Of a DNA stretch of 64,000 nt, positions 39,842-49,655 are shown one piece after another; position 1 is the stretch's first letter; each line of letters begins with the position of its first letter. The DNA is taken from the NCBI GenBank assembly GCA_963674755.2, contig CAXXVS010000002.1, positions 1,632,001 to 1,696,000 of the forward strand. Direction: 5' to 3'. The translations under genes were made by a program, and so were the position numbers. Source of the DNA: Desulfobacterales bacterium. GTDB lineage: Bacteria; Desulfobacterota; Desulfobacteria; Desulfobacterales; UBA5852. The notes below the pieces were generated by a model, which saw only the letters and a list, made by a program, of their open reading frames with translations, made no database searches and was not told where the DNA came from.

Positions 39842-41212
39842 TCAGAGCGGCAGCTGGATGCCGAAACGCTTCATCCGGTTCCAGACCGTCACGCGGGTCA
39901 CGCCTAAAATCTTGGCGGCGGCCGTCCGGTTGCCCCCGGTTTGCTGCAACGCGGTGATCAACTGCCGGCGTTGGGTTTCCTCCCGGCTTAGCCCCGGCTC
40001 CCGGCGTGGGGCGGCCAGCACGCCCTGCCCCACGATATGGGGAGGAAAATGGTAGTATTCCAGGCGATTGTCATGACAGGTCACACAGGCGTACTCGAAA
40101 GCGCTTTTCAGTTCGCGCACATTGCCGGGCCAGGGGTAGTTCATCAGGAGGGCCATGGCCTCGGGGCTGACCGCCGGGAGGGTTTGGCCGGTCTTCAAAC
40201 TGATCCCTTTAAGGAAAGCCTCGGCCAGCAGGGGGATGTCCTCGGTTCGCTCTCTCAGGGGCGGCACACAGATCGGGATGACGTTGATGCGGTAGAACAG
40301 GTCTTTGCGAAACACGCCTTCAGCCACCAGCGCGTCGAGATTCCGGTTGGTCGCGGAAATAATCCGCACGTTGATGGGGATCGGTGTATTGGCCCCAACC
40401 CGTTCGACCACCTTCTCTTCCAGCACACGCAGCAGTTTGACCTGAATATGGGGGGGCAGATCCCCAATCTCATCCAGGAAAATCTCCCCGCGCTGGGCCG
40501 CCTCGAACCGCCCTTCCCGATCCCGGAACGCACCGGTGAACGCGCCTTTGACGTGACCGAAAAGTTCGCTTTCCAATAGCGATTCGTTTAAAGCGGCACA
40601 ATTGACCTTGACGAAAGGCTTGTCCCGGCGGATGCCGACATCGTGGATGGCGCGCGCCACCATCTCCTTGCCGGTGCCGCTCTCTCCCAGGATAATGACC
40701 GGTGCGTCCGACCGGGCGGCGTTGCGGACCAGCTCGAACACGCGGCAGATGGCGGCCGAGGCTCCCAGGATACCGCTGAAGCCGTCTTCCAGATGATACT
40801 CTTGCCGGAAAGCCTCTAACTGATCTTCCCGGCGCACCAGTTCGGTCACGTCGGTGAGGGTCTCCACGGCACCGACCACCTTGCGCGTGGCCCCCTCCAG
40901 AAGCGATGCGTTCTTGATGACGTGCACCGGACGGCCGTCCTTGCGTTTCAGGGTACAGCGGTTGGCGTTGATGCGGCCCGTGCGAAACAGATTGCACCAG
41001 CTGCGCGCCCCGGTGTCCTGTGCCGCTTCACAGATATCGCAGCGCAGCAGCCGGCAACTCCGGCCGACGGCTTCCTCACGGCTGTATCCGGTAATCGTTT
41101 CAAAGGCGCGGTTGACCGAAACGATCCGCCCCCTTTTGTCGACGATCATGACCCCGTCACGGATGGTGTTGACGACGGTTTTCCAATGGAAATTCAGATC
41201 TTCTTCGCGCAT
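39842..41212 (-). CDS. Sigma54-dependent activator (PAS-AAA-Fis HTH); start 41212 or 41236
   Basis: GESGTGKE, ESELFGH, GAFTGA, WPGNVREL, C-terminal HTH. Confidence 0.93.
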   Translation of the reverse strand: MREEDLNFHWKTVVNTIRDGVMIVDKRGRIVSVNRAFETITGYSREEAVGRSCRLLRCDICEAAQDTGARSWCNLFRTGRINANRCTLKRKDGRPVHVIKNASLLEGATRKVVGAVETLTDVTELVRREDQLEAFRQEYHLEDGFSGILGASAAICRVFELVRNAARSDAPVIILGESGTGKEMVARAIHDVGIRRDKPFVKVNCAALNESLLESELFGHVKGAFTGAFRDREGRFEAAQRGEIFLDEIGDLPPHIQVKLLRVLEEKVVERVGANTPIPINVRIISATNRNLDALVAEGVFRKDLFYRINVIPICVPPLRERTEDIPLLAEAFLKGISLKTGQTLPAVSPEAMALLMNYPWPGNVRELKSAFEYACVTCHDNRLEYYHFPPHIVGQGVLAAPRREPGLSREETQRRQLITALQQTGGNRTAAAKILGVTRVTVWNRMKRFGIQLPL

Positions 41213-41375
41213 GCCGGCCCTGTTAAAATTGAACATGTGTTAAAAAAAATTTAACGTCTTTTACACCCGCCTAAAGGTCTTGGCAACCACCCCGAGAATG
41301 TTTCCCAAATAGCAAACCCCTTCGGCATCACGGCATCGACCGGTTTAAACGCCCCCTATCGAGACCGCGGCCCAT

Positions 41376-41392
41376 CTGGCACCATAATTGCC
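41376..41392 (+). promoter_or_regulatory. Sigma54 (-24/-12) promoter
   Basis: CTGGCACCATAATTGCC, GG-N10-GC, divergent from a sigma54 activator. Confidence 0.8.
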
Positions 41393-41490
41393 ATGATACT
41401 TGCCCAGGAAGGATTATGGCCTGTCCTTATTCCACGGCAACTTATCCGGTTTCGCGATGGGAACCGGCCCATAAACGGAGGGAAATTCAA

Positions 41491-42870
41491 ATGGATAAAA
41501 CCGATGTGTTGATTGTAGGCGGTTCCGCAGCCGGTCTCATGGCCGGCTTGACCGTCAAGCGGCGTCACCCGGGCAAAACCGTCACGATTGTTCGCAAGGC
41601 CAGCAAAACGCCGGTCCCCTGCGGCATTCCTTATATCTACGGCACATTGAAAGCGGTAGAGAAAAACCTTATCCCGGACGAAAATTTCATCAAACAGGGC
41701 ATCCGCATGCATACCCTGCCAGTGGAATCCATCGATCGGGGCAACAAGATCGCCGTCCTGGCCGACGGCACCCGTATTGCCTATGACAAACTGATCCTGG
41801 CCACCGGCTCCCGTCCGGCCATGCCGCCCATCCCCGGAATGCAAACCGGCAACGTGTTCGGCATCAAAAAAGAGCCGGAATATCTCGCTCAAATCCAGAA
41901 AACCCTCGGGTCGTCGCGTAAGGTGGTGGTCATCGGGGGCGGCTTCATCGGCGTGGAAATGGCCGAGCAGATCGCCAAGATGGCCCAGGCCGGGGCCAAC
42001 GGCGGGGCGGTGGACGTCAGCCTGATCGAGATGCTGCCCAACTGCCTGATGCTGGCCTGTGAGCAGGAATTCTGCAGCGATGCGGAGAAGGAACTCCGCC
42101 AGCTGGACGTCAAGGTCATGACCGAAGCCCAGGTAAAGTCCATCCAGGGTAATGGTACCGTCACCGGCGTCGAATTGGCCTCGGGGGAGACGATTCCAGC
42201 GGACGCGGTCGTGGTCGGTATCGGTGTTACCCCCAATATCGACCTGGCCCGGCAGATCGGCCTGGAAGCCGATCCGCGTATGGGCATCAAAGTGGATGCC
42301 TACATGCGCACCGAGGACCCGGATATCTTCGCGGCCGGCGACTGCGCCACCAAGTTTTCCTTCTTCGACGGCAACCCCAGCGGCATTCGCCTGGCATCGG
42401 TGGCCTGCAGCGAAGGCATGATCGCCGCCAGCAACCTCTATGAACCCCTTCGCAAGTGCATGGGCGCCGTAGGGGCTTTCGGCACCACGGTGGGCGCGAC
42501 CTCCATCGGTGCGGCGGGCCTGACCACCAAAGCCGCCGACGACGCCCACATCCCCTATGTGGTCGGCGAAGCCGTCTTTCCCAACCGCCATCCGGGTGCC
42601 CTGCCGGGTTGCATATCCGATATGAAGGCCAAATTGCTGTTCCACAGCGGCACCGGCCGCATCATTGGCGGGCATGTACGGGGGGGAGATTCAACCGCGG
42701 ACATGGTCAACATCGTTGCCGCAGCCATCCAGGGCGGCCTCACCGCCGAAGAACTGGCCACCATGCAGTATGCCACCCATCCTCTCCTGACCGCTTCGCC
42801 CCTGGGCTATCATGTGATGTTGGCTGCCGAGAACGCAACCGCCCATATGAACGCCAAACGGCCAGCCTGA
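41491..42870 (+). CDS. FAD-dependent oxidoreductase (CoA-disulfide reductase/NADH oxidase family)
   Basis: IVGGSAAG, single redox Cys in PCGIPY, GGGFIGVE, IFAAGD; GGAGG RBS. Confidence 0.88.
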   Translation: MDKTDVLIVGGSAAGLMAGLTVKRRHPGKTVTIVRKASKTPVPCGIPYIYGTLKAVEKNLIPDENFIKQGIRMHTLPVESIDRGNKIAVLADGTRIAYDKLILATGSRPAMPPIPGMQTGNVFGIKKEPEYLAQIQKTLGSSRKVVVIGGGFIGVEMAEQIAKMAQAGANGGAVDVSLIEMLPNCLMLACEQEFCSDAEKELRQLDVKVMTEAQVKSIQGNGTVTGVELASGETIPADAVVVGIGVTPNIDLARQIGLEADPRMGIKVDAYMRTEDPDIFAAGDCATKFSFFDGNPSGIRLASVACSEGMIAASNLYEPLRKCMGAVGAFGTTVGATSIGAAGLTTKAADDAHIPYVVGEAVFPNRHPGALPGCISDMKAKLLFHSGTGRIIGGHVRGGDSTADMVNIVAAAIQGGLTAEELATMQYATHPLLTASPLGYHVMLAAENATAHMNAKRPA

Positions 42871-42889
42871 CATAATCTTCGCTAAACCA

Positions 42890-42919
42890 AAGGGGCGGTT
42901 CGCAAGCGAGCCGCCCCTT
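42890..42919 (+). terminator. Intrinsic terminator hairpin
   Basis: AAGGGGCGGTTCGC-AA-GCGAGCCGCCCCTT. Confidence 0.65.
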
Positions 42920-43260
42920 GTGTCTTCGGGCCCCAAAACGAGAGGTTTTTAACCCCCGTCGTATTTGGCCGGCCCTGTTGATTTCATTCCGCGTATGGTT
43001 TTTCAAAACACATGACAACAGCCGAGGTTGTTTTATGCGGTGTGGTGTATTCGGACATATAAACCAACTTCCATCCGTCATACTTCTTGAGAATGGCGTT
43101 ATTCCCATCGGTATTTCCCGTAAATTCAAAAAGCAAGGGCCGATCCGATGGCCGGGCCAGCGGTCTTCCGTACGCCTGGGGGCGGCCGGCGTTGCTCCGT
43201 GGACTTCCCCCCGCGCTTGTGCTATGCCCCCGTTATCACCACAACGGGAGACAATTCGAC

Positions 43261-44109
43261 ATGACGACGATCGCTTATTTCAACGGCCAATACCTTCCCA
43301 AAGACAAGATTGCGATTTCGCCGGACGACCGCGGCTTCCTGTTCGCCGACGGCCTCTATGAAGTCATCCGCTGCTACCACGGACGCCCCTTTGGGTTGGA
43401 AGCCCATCTCGAACGGCTGGCGCGCGGCGCCGCTTTTCTGCGCTTCCAAGCGGACGGATATGGCGACCTGGGCGAGGTTTGCCACCGGCTGCTGGCGGAC
43501 AACGGCCTGTCCGGGGCGGATGCCCTGATTTACATCCAGGTGACCCGGGGCGCCCCCTCCCCACGGTTGCATCATTTCCCGCCCGAGGACACGCCCCTCA
43601 CGGTCTATGCCGCGGCCCGGGCCTTTCAGCCGAATCCCCAAATCGCGCAACAGGGCCTGACGGTCATCATGGTGCCGGACCAGCGTTGGGCCCGCTGCGA
43701 TATCAAAACCGTGGGCCTGACCGCCAATATCCTGGCGGCCCAGCAGGCCCGGGAAAAGGGGGCTGACGAAGCCCTTTTCGTACGGGACGGCTGCATCATG
43801 GAAGCCTCCAAAAGCAGTTTCCTCACCGTCTGCCGGGGAACGGTCATCGGGCCGCCGCTGACCAACTACATCCTGGGCAGCGTCTCCCGCCAGGTGGTGG
43901 AAACCCTTTGCCGGGACAACGACATCCCTTTCTCGGCCGAGCCGATCTATCAGGAGCACCTCGCAAGCGCCGACGAACTGATGCTGGCCGGAACCACCCT
44001 TGAAGTGACCCCGGTGGTCGCGGTGGCCGGCCTTGAACGCACCTGGCCGGCCGGACCGGTCACCCGCCGGCTGCAGGAGGCATTCCGTCAAATGACCGAA
44101 AGCTTATAA
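43261..44109 (+). CDS. Class IV PLP aminotransferase (D-amino acid aminotransferase-like)
   Basis: DRGFLFADGLYEV, HLERL, RWARCDIKT. Confidence 0.88.
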   Translation: MTTIAYFNGQYLPKDKIAISPDDRGFLFADGLYEVIRCYHGRPFGLEAHLERLARGAAFLRFQADGYGDLGEVCHRLLADNGLSGADALIYIQVTRGAPSPRLHHFPPEDTPLTVYAAARAFQPNPQIAQQGLTVIMVPDQRWARCDIKTVGLTANILAAQQAREKGADEALFVRDGCIMEASKSSFLTVCRGTVIGPPLTNYILGSVSRQVVETLCRDNDIPFSAEPIYQEHLASADELMLAGTTLEVTPVVAVAGLERTWPAGPVTRRLQEAFRQMTESL

Positions 44110-44245
44110 CCGCCAGGCCCCATCCCAATGAACTGCCCTGCCGCACAGCAGCGGGGTATCGATAAAGGCAACATAACGCCGCCAGCGATGGAGAAATAAC
44201 TCTCGTCCGCCTCAGGTGGCGTGAAAACGTAAGAAAGGGGTTCCC

Positions 44246-46042
44246 ATGCCATTCACGGACTTTCCCAACATGCACGCCATGCTCACGGCCACCGTCGAGC
44301 GCCACCGCAACCAACCGGCCTACCGCTGGTTCACGGCGCCGGGTCAAACCGCAGCGGTCACCTGGGGCGAATTTTACGACCAGGTCCGCCAGGTGGGGAA
44401 AAGTCTGATGGCACTCGGGGTGGCGCCCGGGGACAAGGTCAATATCGTCAGCTATTCCTGCTACCGCTGGGTCCTCAGCGACATGGGCATCACCAGCGTC
44501 GGGGCCGTTACGGTGGGCATCTACCAGTCGAACCTTCCGAAAGACTGCCAGTATATCATCGACCACTCCGACGCGGTGATCGTCTTCGCCCAGGACAACA
44601 CCCAATTGGACAAGCTCATGGCCATCCGGTCCCAGATACCGGACGTGCGCAAGGTCGTTCTCTTCGACGGGGAAGCGCCCGATGACGATTGGGTGATGGA
44701 CTATGACCGTTTCATGAAATTGGGCGAGACCGTCACGGACCAGGCGTTCGACCAGCGGGCCGTGCAACCCACGCCCCAGGATCCGGCCGGCATCGTCTAC
44801 ACCTCCGGCACCACCGGCGTTCCCAAGGGGGCCGTGCTCACCCACGACAACATCACCTTCACCGCCCAGTCCGTGGAGGGCAGCACCAGCATCGAAGACG
44901 GCGATGAGGTCTTTCTCTTTCTGCCCCTGGCCCATGTCTTCGCCCGCACCTGCGTCTACGCCACCTTGCTGGTGGGCTGCGCCACCACGTTTACCCGCAG
45001 CATGGAAACGGTGGTGGAAGACCTGCAGACCACCCGGCCCCATTGGTTTGCCAGCGTACCGCGCATCTACGAAAAGATTTACACCAAGGTCATCAGCGGT
45101 GCCGAAGCCAAGGGTGGCGCCGCCTTGAAAATTTTCCAGTGGGCCCGGGCCGTGGGCGAAGACGTCGGCGATCTTAAGCTGGCCAAACAGCCCATCCCTC
45201 TGGCCCTGAAATTGAAGTACGCCCTGGCCGACAAGCTGGTCTTCTCCAAAATCAGGGCCGCTTTGGGGGGGCGGGTGCGCTGGTGCATCAGCGGCGCAGC
45301 CCCCCTTAATGCCGACATCGGCCGCTTTTTCCACGCCGCCGGCATCCTGATCGTGGAGGGCATCGGCATGACCGAGGACACCTCCTTTAGCAACCTCAAC
45401 CGCTACGACAACTACCGCTTCGGCTGGGTCGGCCAGCCCGGCCCCGGGATCGAGCAAAAAATCGGGGCAGACGGCGAGGTCATGTTCCGGGGCCGCAACG
45501 TGATGAAGGAATACTATAAGATGCCGGAGGAGACGGCCGCCACGATCACGGAAGACGGCTGGCTGCTGTCCGGGGACATCGGCGAGATCGACGACGAGGG
45601 CTTCCTGCGCATCACCGGGCGCAAGAAAGAGCTGATCATCACGGCCGGCGGCAAAAATATCGCCCCGTCCGCCATCGAGGGCGCCATCGCCACCTCCAAG
45701 TACATCAACCAGGTATTCGTGATCGGCGACCGGCGCAAGTACCTTTCGGCCCTGGTGACCCTGGACGAGGAAAACGTGAAAGCCTGGGCGGACGCCGAAG
45801 GCATTGCCTACCGCGACATGGACGACCTGGTGGGCAACCATCAGGTCCAAAACCTGATCGAAGTCGAGGTGGCCGCCAAAAACGCCCAGTTCGCCAGTTT
45901 TGAAACCATCAAAAAGGTGACCCTGGTGCCCGAATTCACCATCGCCAACGGCCTCATCACCCCCACCCTTAAGGTGAAAAAAAATGTGGTGGCCGAGCGC
46001 TATACCGATGAAATCGAGCAGATGTACCCTGCTGATAGTTAA
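44246..46042 (+). CDS. Long-chain fatty acid-CoA ligase
   Basis: YTSGTTGVPKG, FLPLAH, SVPRIYEK, TAGGKNIAP. Confidence 0.92.
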   Translation: MPFTDFPNMHAMLTATVERHRNQPAYRWFTAPGQTAAVTWGEFYDQVRQVGKSLMALGVAPGDKVNIVSYSCYRWVLSDMGITSVGAVTVGIYQSNLPKDCQYIIDHSDAVIVFAQDNTQLDKLMAIRSQIPDVRKVVLFDGEAPDDDWVMDYDRFMKLGETVTDQAFDQRAVQPTPQDPAGIVYTSGTTGVPKGAVLTHDNITFTAQSVEGSTSIEDGDEVFLFLPLAHVFARTCVYATLLVGCATTFTRSMETVVEDLQTTRPHWFASVPRIYEKIYTKVISGAEAKGGAALKIFQWARAVGEDVGDLKLAKQPIPLALKLKYALADKLVFSKIRAALGGRVRWCISGAAPLNADIGRFFHAAGILIVEGIGMTEDTSFSNLNRYDNYRFGWVGQPGPGIEQKIGADGEVMFRGRNVMKEYYKMPEETAATITEDGWLLSGDIGEIDDEGFLRITGRKKELIITAGGKNIAPSAIEGAIATSKYINQVFVIGDRRKYLSALVTLDEENVKAWADAEGIAYRDMDDLVGNHQVQNLIEVEVAAKNAQFASFETIKKVTLVPEFTIANGLITPTLKVKKNVVAERYTDEIEQMYPADS

Positions 46043-46166
46043 CGCTTACGTCAACGTTACTTATTGACAACCCTCCCCTTCCGGGCTAATCTCCTGCCGT
46101 CTTATTGATATTACACTTTTATCCCGTCAAAGGACGGTCGAAAGTTCAGGATAGGGAGGACAGCAC

Positions 46167-47042
46167 ATGCCCCGGCAACGGATCGGTTTCATCTGCGACA
46201 GTACGGCGGACTTTCCCGCGGGCCTGGAAAAGGATCTCGAACTCCATATTCTTCCCGTGCACATCATGGTGGACGGCGAGGACCATCTGCACGGCCGGAC
46301 CATCAGCAACCGGGAAGTGGTCGCGGCCCTTAAACAGCACCAGGATGTCTACACCAAACCCTTCTACCCCCACGAGTGCGCCGACATCTTCGAAGAACTC
46401 CTGGAGCGCTACGACCAGGTGGTATCTTTTCACCTGTCCACCGAATTATCGGGCAACTACAACAGCGCCATGGCTGCCCTGAACCTGATGTTCGAGGACG
46501 AAGCCCGGCGCATCAAGGTCATGGACCTGCGCGGGGTGAGCATCAGCATGGGGCTGGTGGTCAAAAAAGCCGTGGAGCTGTTGCGCGCAGACGACAACCT
46601 GGACACCCTGGACACCCGTCTGCAGCCCTACCTGCATGAGGTCTTCATGGGGTTTACCGTGGAAGACCTGGACTGGCTGAAGAAGGGCGGGCGCGTAAGC
46701 GCTTTCGCGGCTTTCGTGGGCAGCATGCTGGACATCAAACCCATCATCCGGCTCGAAAACGCCCGCCTGATCCCCAAGGACCGCATGCGCGGCAAGAAAC
46801 CGGCCCTCAAGCGCCTGGTGGACATGGCCGAATCCCAATACCGGCACCTGGACGGCAACTGCGACATTTGGGTGGCCTACAATGACAACCTGGAAGAAGC
46901 CATGGTGACCCGTGAGCGGCTCGCCGAACGCGTCGCCCGGCAGGCCCGGGATATCTACCTGGCCGAAGTGGGCGCCACCATTTCCGTCCACACCGGCCCC
47001 GGTTCGGTATGCATCGCCATGACGCCCAGGGTCATGCAGTGA
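46167..47042 (+). CDS. DegV family fatty acid-binding protein
   Basis: DSTAD, LKKGGR, VHTGPG. Confidence 0.9.
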   Translation: MPRQRIGFICDSTADFPAGLEKDLELHILPVHIMVDGEDHLHGRTISNREVVAALKQHQDVYTKPFYPHECADIFEELLERYDQVVSFHLSTELSGNYNSAMAALNLMFEDEARRIKVMDLRGVSISMGLVVKKAVELLRADDNLDTLDTRLQPYLHEVFMGFTVEDLDWLKKGGRVSAFAAFVGSMLDIKPIIRLENARLIPKDRMRGKKPALKRLVDMAESQYRHLDGNCDIWVAYNDNLEEAMVTRERLAERVARQARDIYLAEVGATISVHTGPGSVCIAMTPRVMQ

Positions 47043-47126
47043 GGCTCCTCCCGCAAAGCGGGATGCCTCACGTAGCCCCCCTGAAGGGGACTTGAAAACA
47101 ATTTTTGAGATTTAGGTTTTGAATTT

Positions 47127-47301
47127 CCCTTTGTGCCGCGCCGAGCATCCTGCCTGCGGACGAAAAAGACGCGGTAACGGCTTGTCCGTCGTAGCCTTGG
47201 CGAAGGCGGGACGCGCAGGGTTAAGCGGGACACGGGCGTTTGAAGCCTGTCACGCCGAGGCGTGATTGCTTCCGTTTTCTTTCACGAGAAAGAAAATGAA
47301 G
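47127..47301 (+). repeat. Structured intergenic repeat, copy D (rearranged)
   Basis: CCCTTTGTGCCGCGCCGAGCATC...GCGGGACACGGG; terminal hairpin separated by an extra hairpin. Confidence 0.8.
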
Positions 47302-47471
47302 GAACCCATTGATGTAAAGGCACCCCGGATCGGTCGAACCTCTCCGGGGCCTCCACCAGAGGTGGAGGGCTTAGATCGAAACGAACGGATTTTTCCCTTT
47401 TATCTTTCTCCGCAAAAAAAGCGGTTGGACATTCCCGTCCAACCGCTTTTCATTCTTCAAGACGATGGCTG

Positions 47472-47606
47472 TCAGGCGCGGCAGCCGCAACGGCACTGGG
47501 CCACTTGCATGCGGCAGACCGATTCATGCTCCCGGCTCTGGACGCATTCGAGAAAGCTGGCGTTGCATTGCCGGTCGCAGTCGCTCTTGCGGGGTTTGCT
47601 TTCCAT
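47472..47606 (-). CDS. Putative 44-aa cysteine-rich small protein
   Basis: AAGGGAG RBS; 7 Cys. Confidence 0.5.
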   Translation of the reverse strand: MESKPRKSDCDRQCNASFLECVQSREHESVCRMQVAQCRCGCRA

Positions 47607-47820
47607 AAGAATTCGTCTCCCTTCATGATTCGGCGGAAATACACCGCCCGATCGCGTTTCCCGCCCAATCAGCATTAAGTTTACGCACACCAAGGGACCA
47701 TAAACATCCATCACGCCCTGCACAAGTTGGATGAGTTCAAGCCCTTTCAATCTCGGTCGCTATCACAACCTGCCAACGCATTAGTATGCGTATCGAATTG
47801 GAGAACACGCAACACCAGAA

Positions 47821-47943
47821 GACGGCTTCGTAAAACGTTCAAGATCAAGGCGCACAAGCGCCGAGGAGCGAGGCGTACATCAGTACGCCGCAACGACGAG
47901 AAGCGCAGGGCAACGCAGATATTGGGCGTTTTACGAAGCCGTC
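47821..47943. repeat. REP-like palindromic element with GGCGTAC..GTACGCC core
   Basis: 17-bp terminal IR GACGGCTTCGTAAAACG / CGTTTTACGAAGCCGTC. Confidence 0.8.
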
Positions 47944-48796
47944 ACTCTTGTTTGCGGCTGAAGTATAGATTGATTACCGCCGCCAGCGACGTCCCCACGA
48001 TCAGCAGAAAGGAGATGGCGTTGATCACCGGGGTGCTGCCGTCGCGCACCTGGAGGTAGAGGTTGATGGGCAGGGTCGTTTCCGATCCGGTCAGAAACAG
48101 GGTGGTGTTGAAGTTTTCAAAGGACATCAGGAAGGCCACCGCGGCCGCGCCCACGATGGCCGGGCGCAGGAACTTCAGGGTGATGTGCCAGATGACCTCG
48201 AAGCGGTTGGCCCCCAGGTTCAGGGCGGCCTCCTCCAGGGTGCGGTCGAACTTGCGCAGCCGGGCCGAGACCACCAGGGTCACCAAGGTGGCGATAAAGG
48301 AAAACTGCCCCAGCACCACCAGCCAGAATCCGGGGCGGAAGAGGGGCACGTCGATGCCCCAGGTGTCCTCGAAATAGAGCCCCAGGGTATTGGAGAAGAG
48401 CAGGATGGAGATGCCCAGGATCACGCCCGGGATCACCAGGGGGGAGAGCATCAGAAAATAGAGGGCGCCCTTGAAGGGGAATTCTTCCTGCTCGAAGAGA
48501 AAGGACGCGCAGGTGCCCACCGTGACCGAGAGCAGGGTCACGAAAAAGGCCACCCGGGCGCTGACCCAGATGCTCTCCAGATTCATGCTGTCGTGAAAGA
48601 TGCCCACCCGGTTGGGCAAATCCCCCGTGAACCACTCCAGGGTAAACCCCTTCCAGGGCAGGGCCGGAAACTGGGAGTCGTTGAAGGCCAGCACGCAGGT
48701 CACCACCAGGGGGGCGAAAAGAAACGCGAAGTACAGCCCCATATAGAGCTTGTAGCTGTACAGATAACGCCGGCTGTTGGGAAGCGATCGGATCAT
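47942..48796 (-). CDS. potC: Polyamine-type ABC transporter permease (PotC-like)
   Basis: LEEAALNLGA EAA motif; ATGA overlap with upstream permease. Confidence 0.85.
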   Translation of the reverse strand: MIRSLPNSRRYLYSYKLYMGLYFAFLFAPLVVTCVLAFNDSQFPALPWKGFTLEWFTGDLPNRVGIFHDSMNLESIWVSARVAFFVTLLSVTVGTCASFLFEQEEFPFKGALYFLMLSPLVIPGVILGISILLFSNTLGLYFEDTWGIDVPLFRPGFWLVVLGQFSFIATLVTLVVSARLRKFDRTLEEAALNLGANRFEVIWHITLKFLRPAIVGAAAVAFLMSFENFNTTLFLTGSETTLPINLYLQVRDGSTPVINAISFLLIVGTSLAAVINLYFSRKQE

Positions 48797-49655
48797 TGCA
48801 CCACCCGACTCAGTTTCTGTCCGGAAAGTTTCAGCCCTACCCAGATGACCAGGGACGACAGGACCAGGAGCAGGAAGCCGAAGGCCGAGCCCTGGTTCCA
48901 GTTGAAGCTGGCGATGAACTGGTTGTAGATCTGCTCCGTGAACCACAGGGAGTTCTTGCCGCCCATGAGGTTCGGGGTAAGATAGTTGCCCAGGGTCAGC
49001 ATGAAGACCACGATGGAGCCGGACACGATCCCCGGCATGGCATGGGGAATCACGATGCGCAGAAAGATGGTGCCCATGTTGGCCCCCAGGTCGTAGGCCG
49101 CCTCGATCAGGCTGTCATCCAGGCTCTCCAGCACCGACACCAGGGGTACGGCCATGAAGAGCATGGAGGTGTAGACCAGGCCATGATCATGGTGGCGTCG
49201 TTGTAGAGCATCTCCACGGGGTGTTTGAGCAGTCCCAGCTGGACCAGGAAATGGTTGAGCACCCCGCTTTCCCGCAGCAGGATCATCCACCCGTAGACCC
49301 GTACCAATTCGCTCACCCAGAAGGGCATCAGCAGCAGCATCATGAGGAAGCCCTGAAAACGGGGGGCCACCACTTTGGTAATATAGAAGGCCACCGGCAT
49401 GGTCACGATGAAGGTCATCACGGTCACCAGGATGGAATAGACCGCCGTGCGCACAAAGGTCAGCCAGTAGATGGGCTCTTTAAAAAAATTCAGGTAGTTG
49501 CCGAAGCCCCAGGACTTGTGGCCGCTTATGTCTTCGGTGCGCAGGGACATGCCCAGCAGGTCGATGTGGGGCAGCACGATCAGCAGCACCAGCCAGAGCA
49601 GGACCGGCGTCAGGAAGCAAATCAGGGGCAGCGAGATCCGGAAGCGGCCTTTCAT
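48793..49655 (-). pseudogene. potB: Polyamine-type ABC transporter permease (PotB-like), frameshifted near 49181
   Basis: PFWVSELVRVYGW in one frame, GLVYTSMLFM..EAAYDLGA in another; one added G joins them. Confidence 0.8.
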
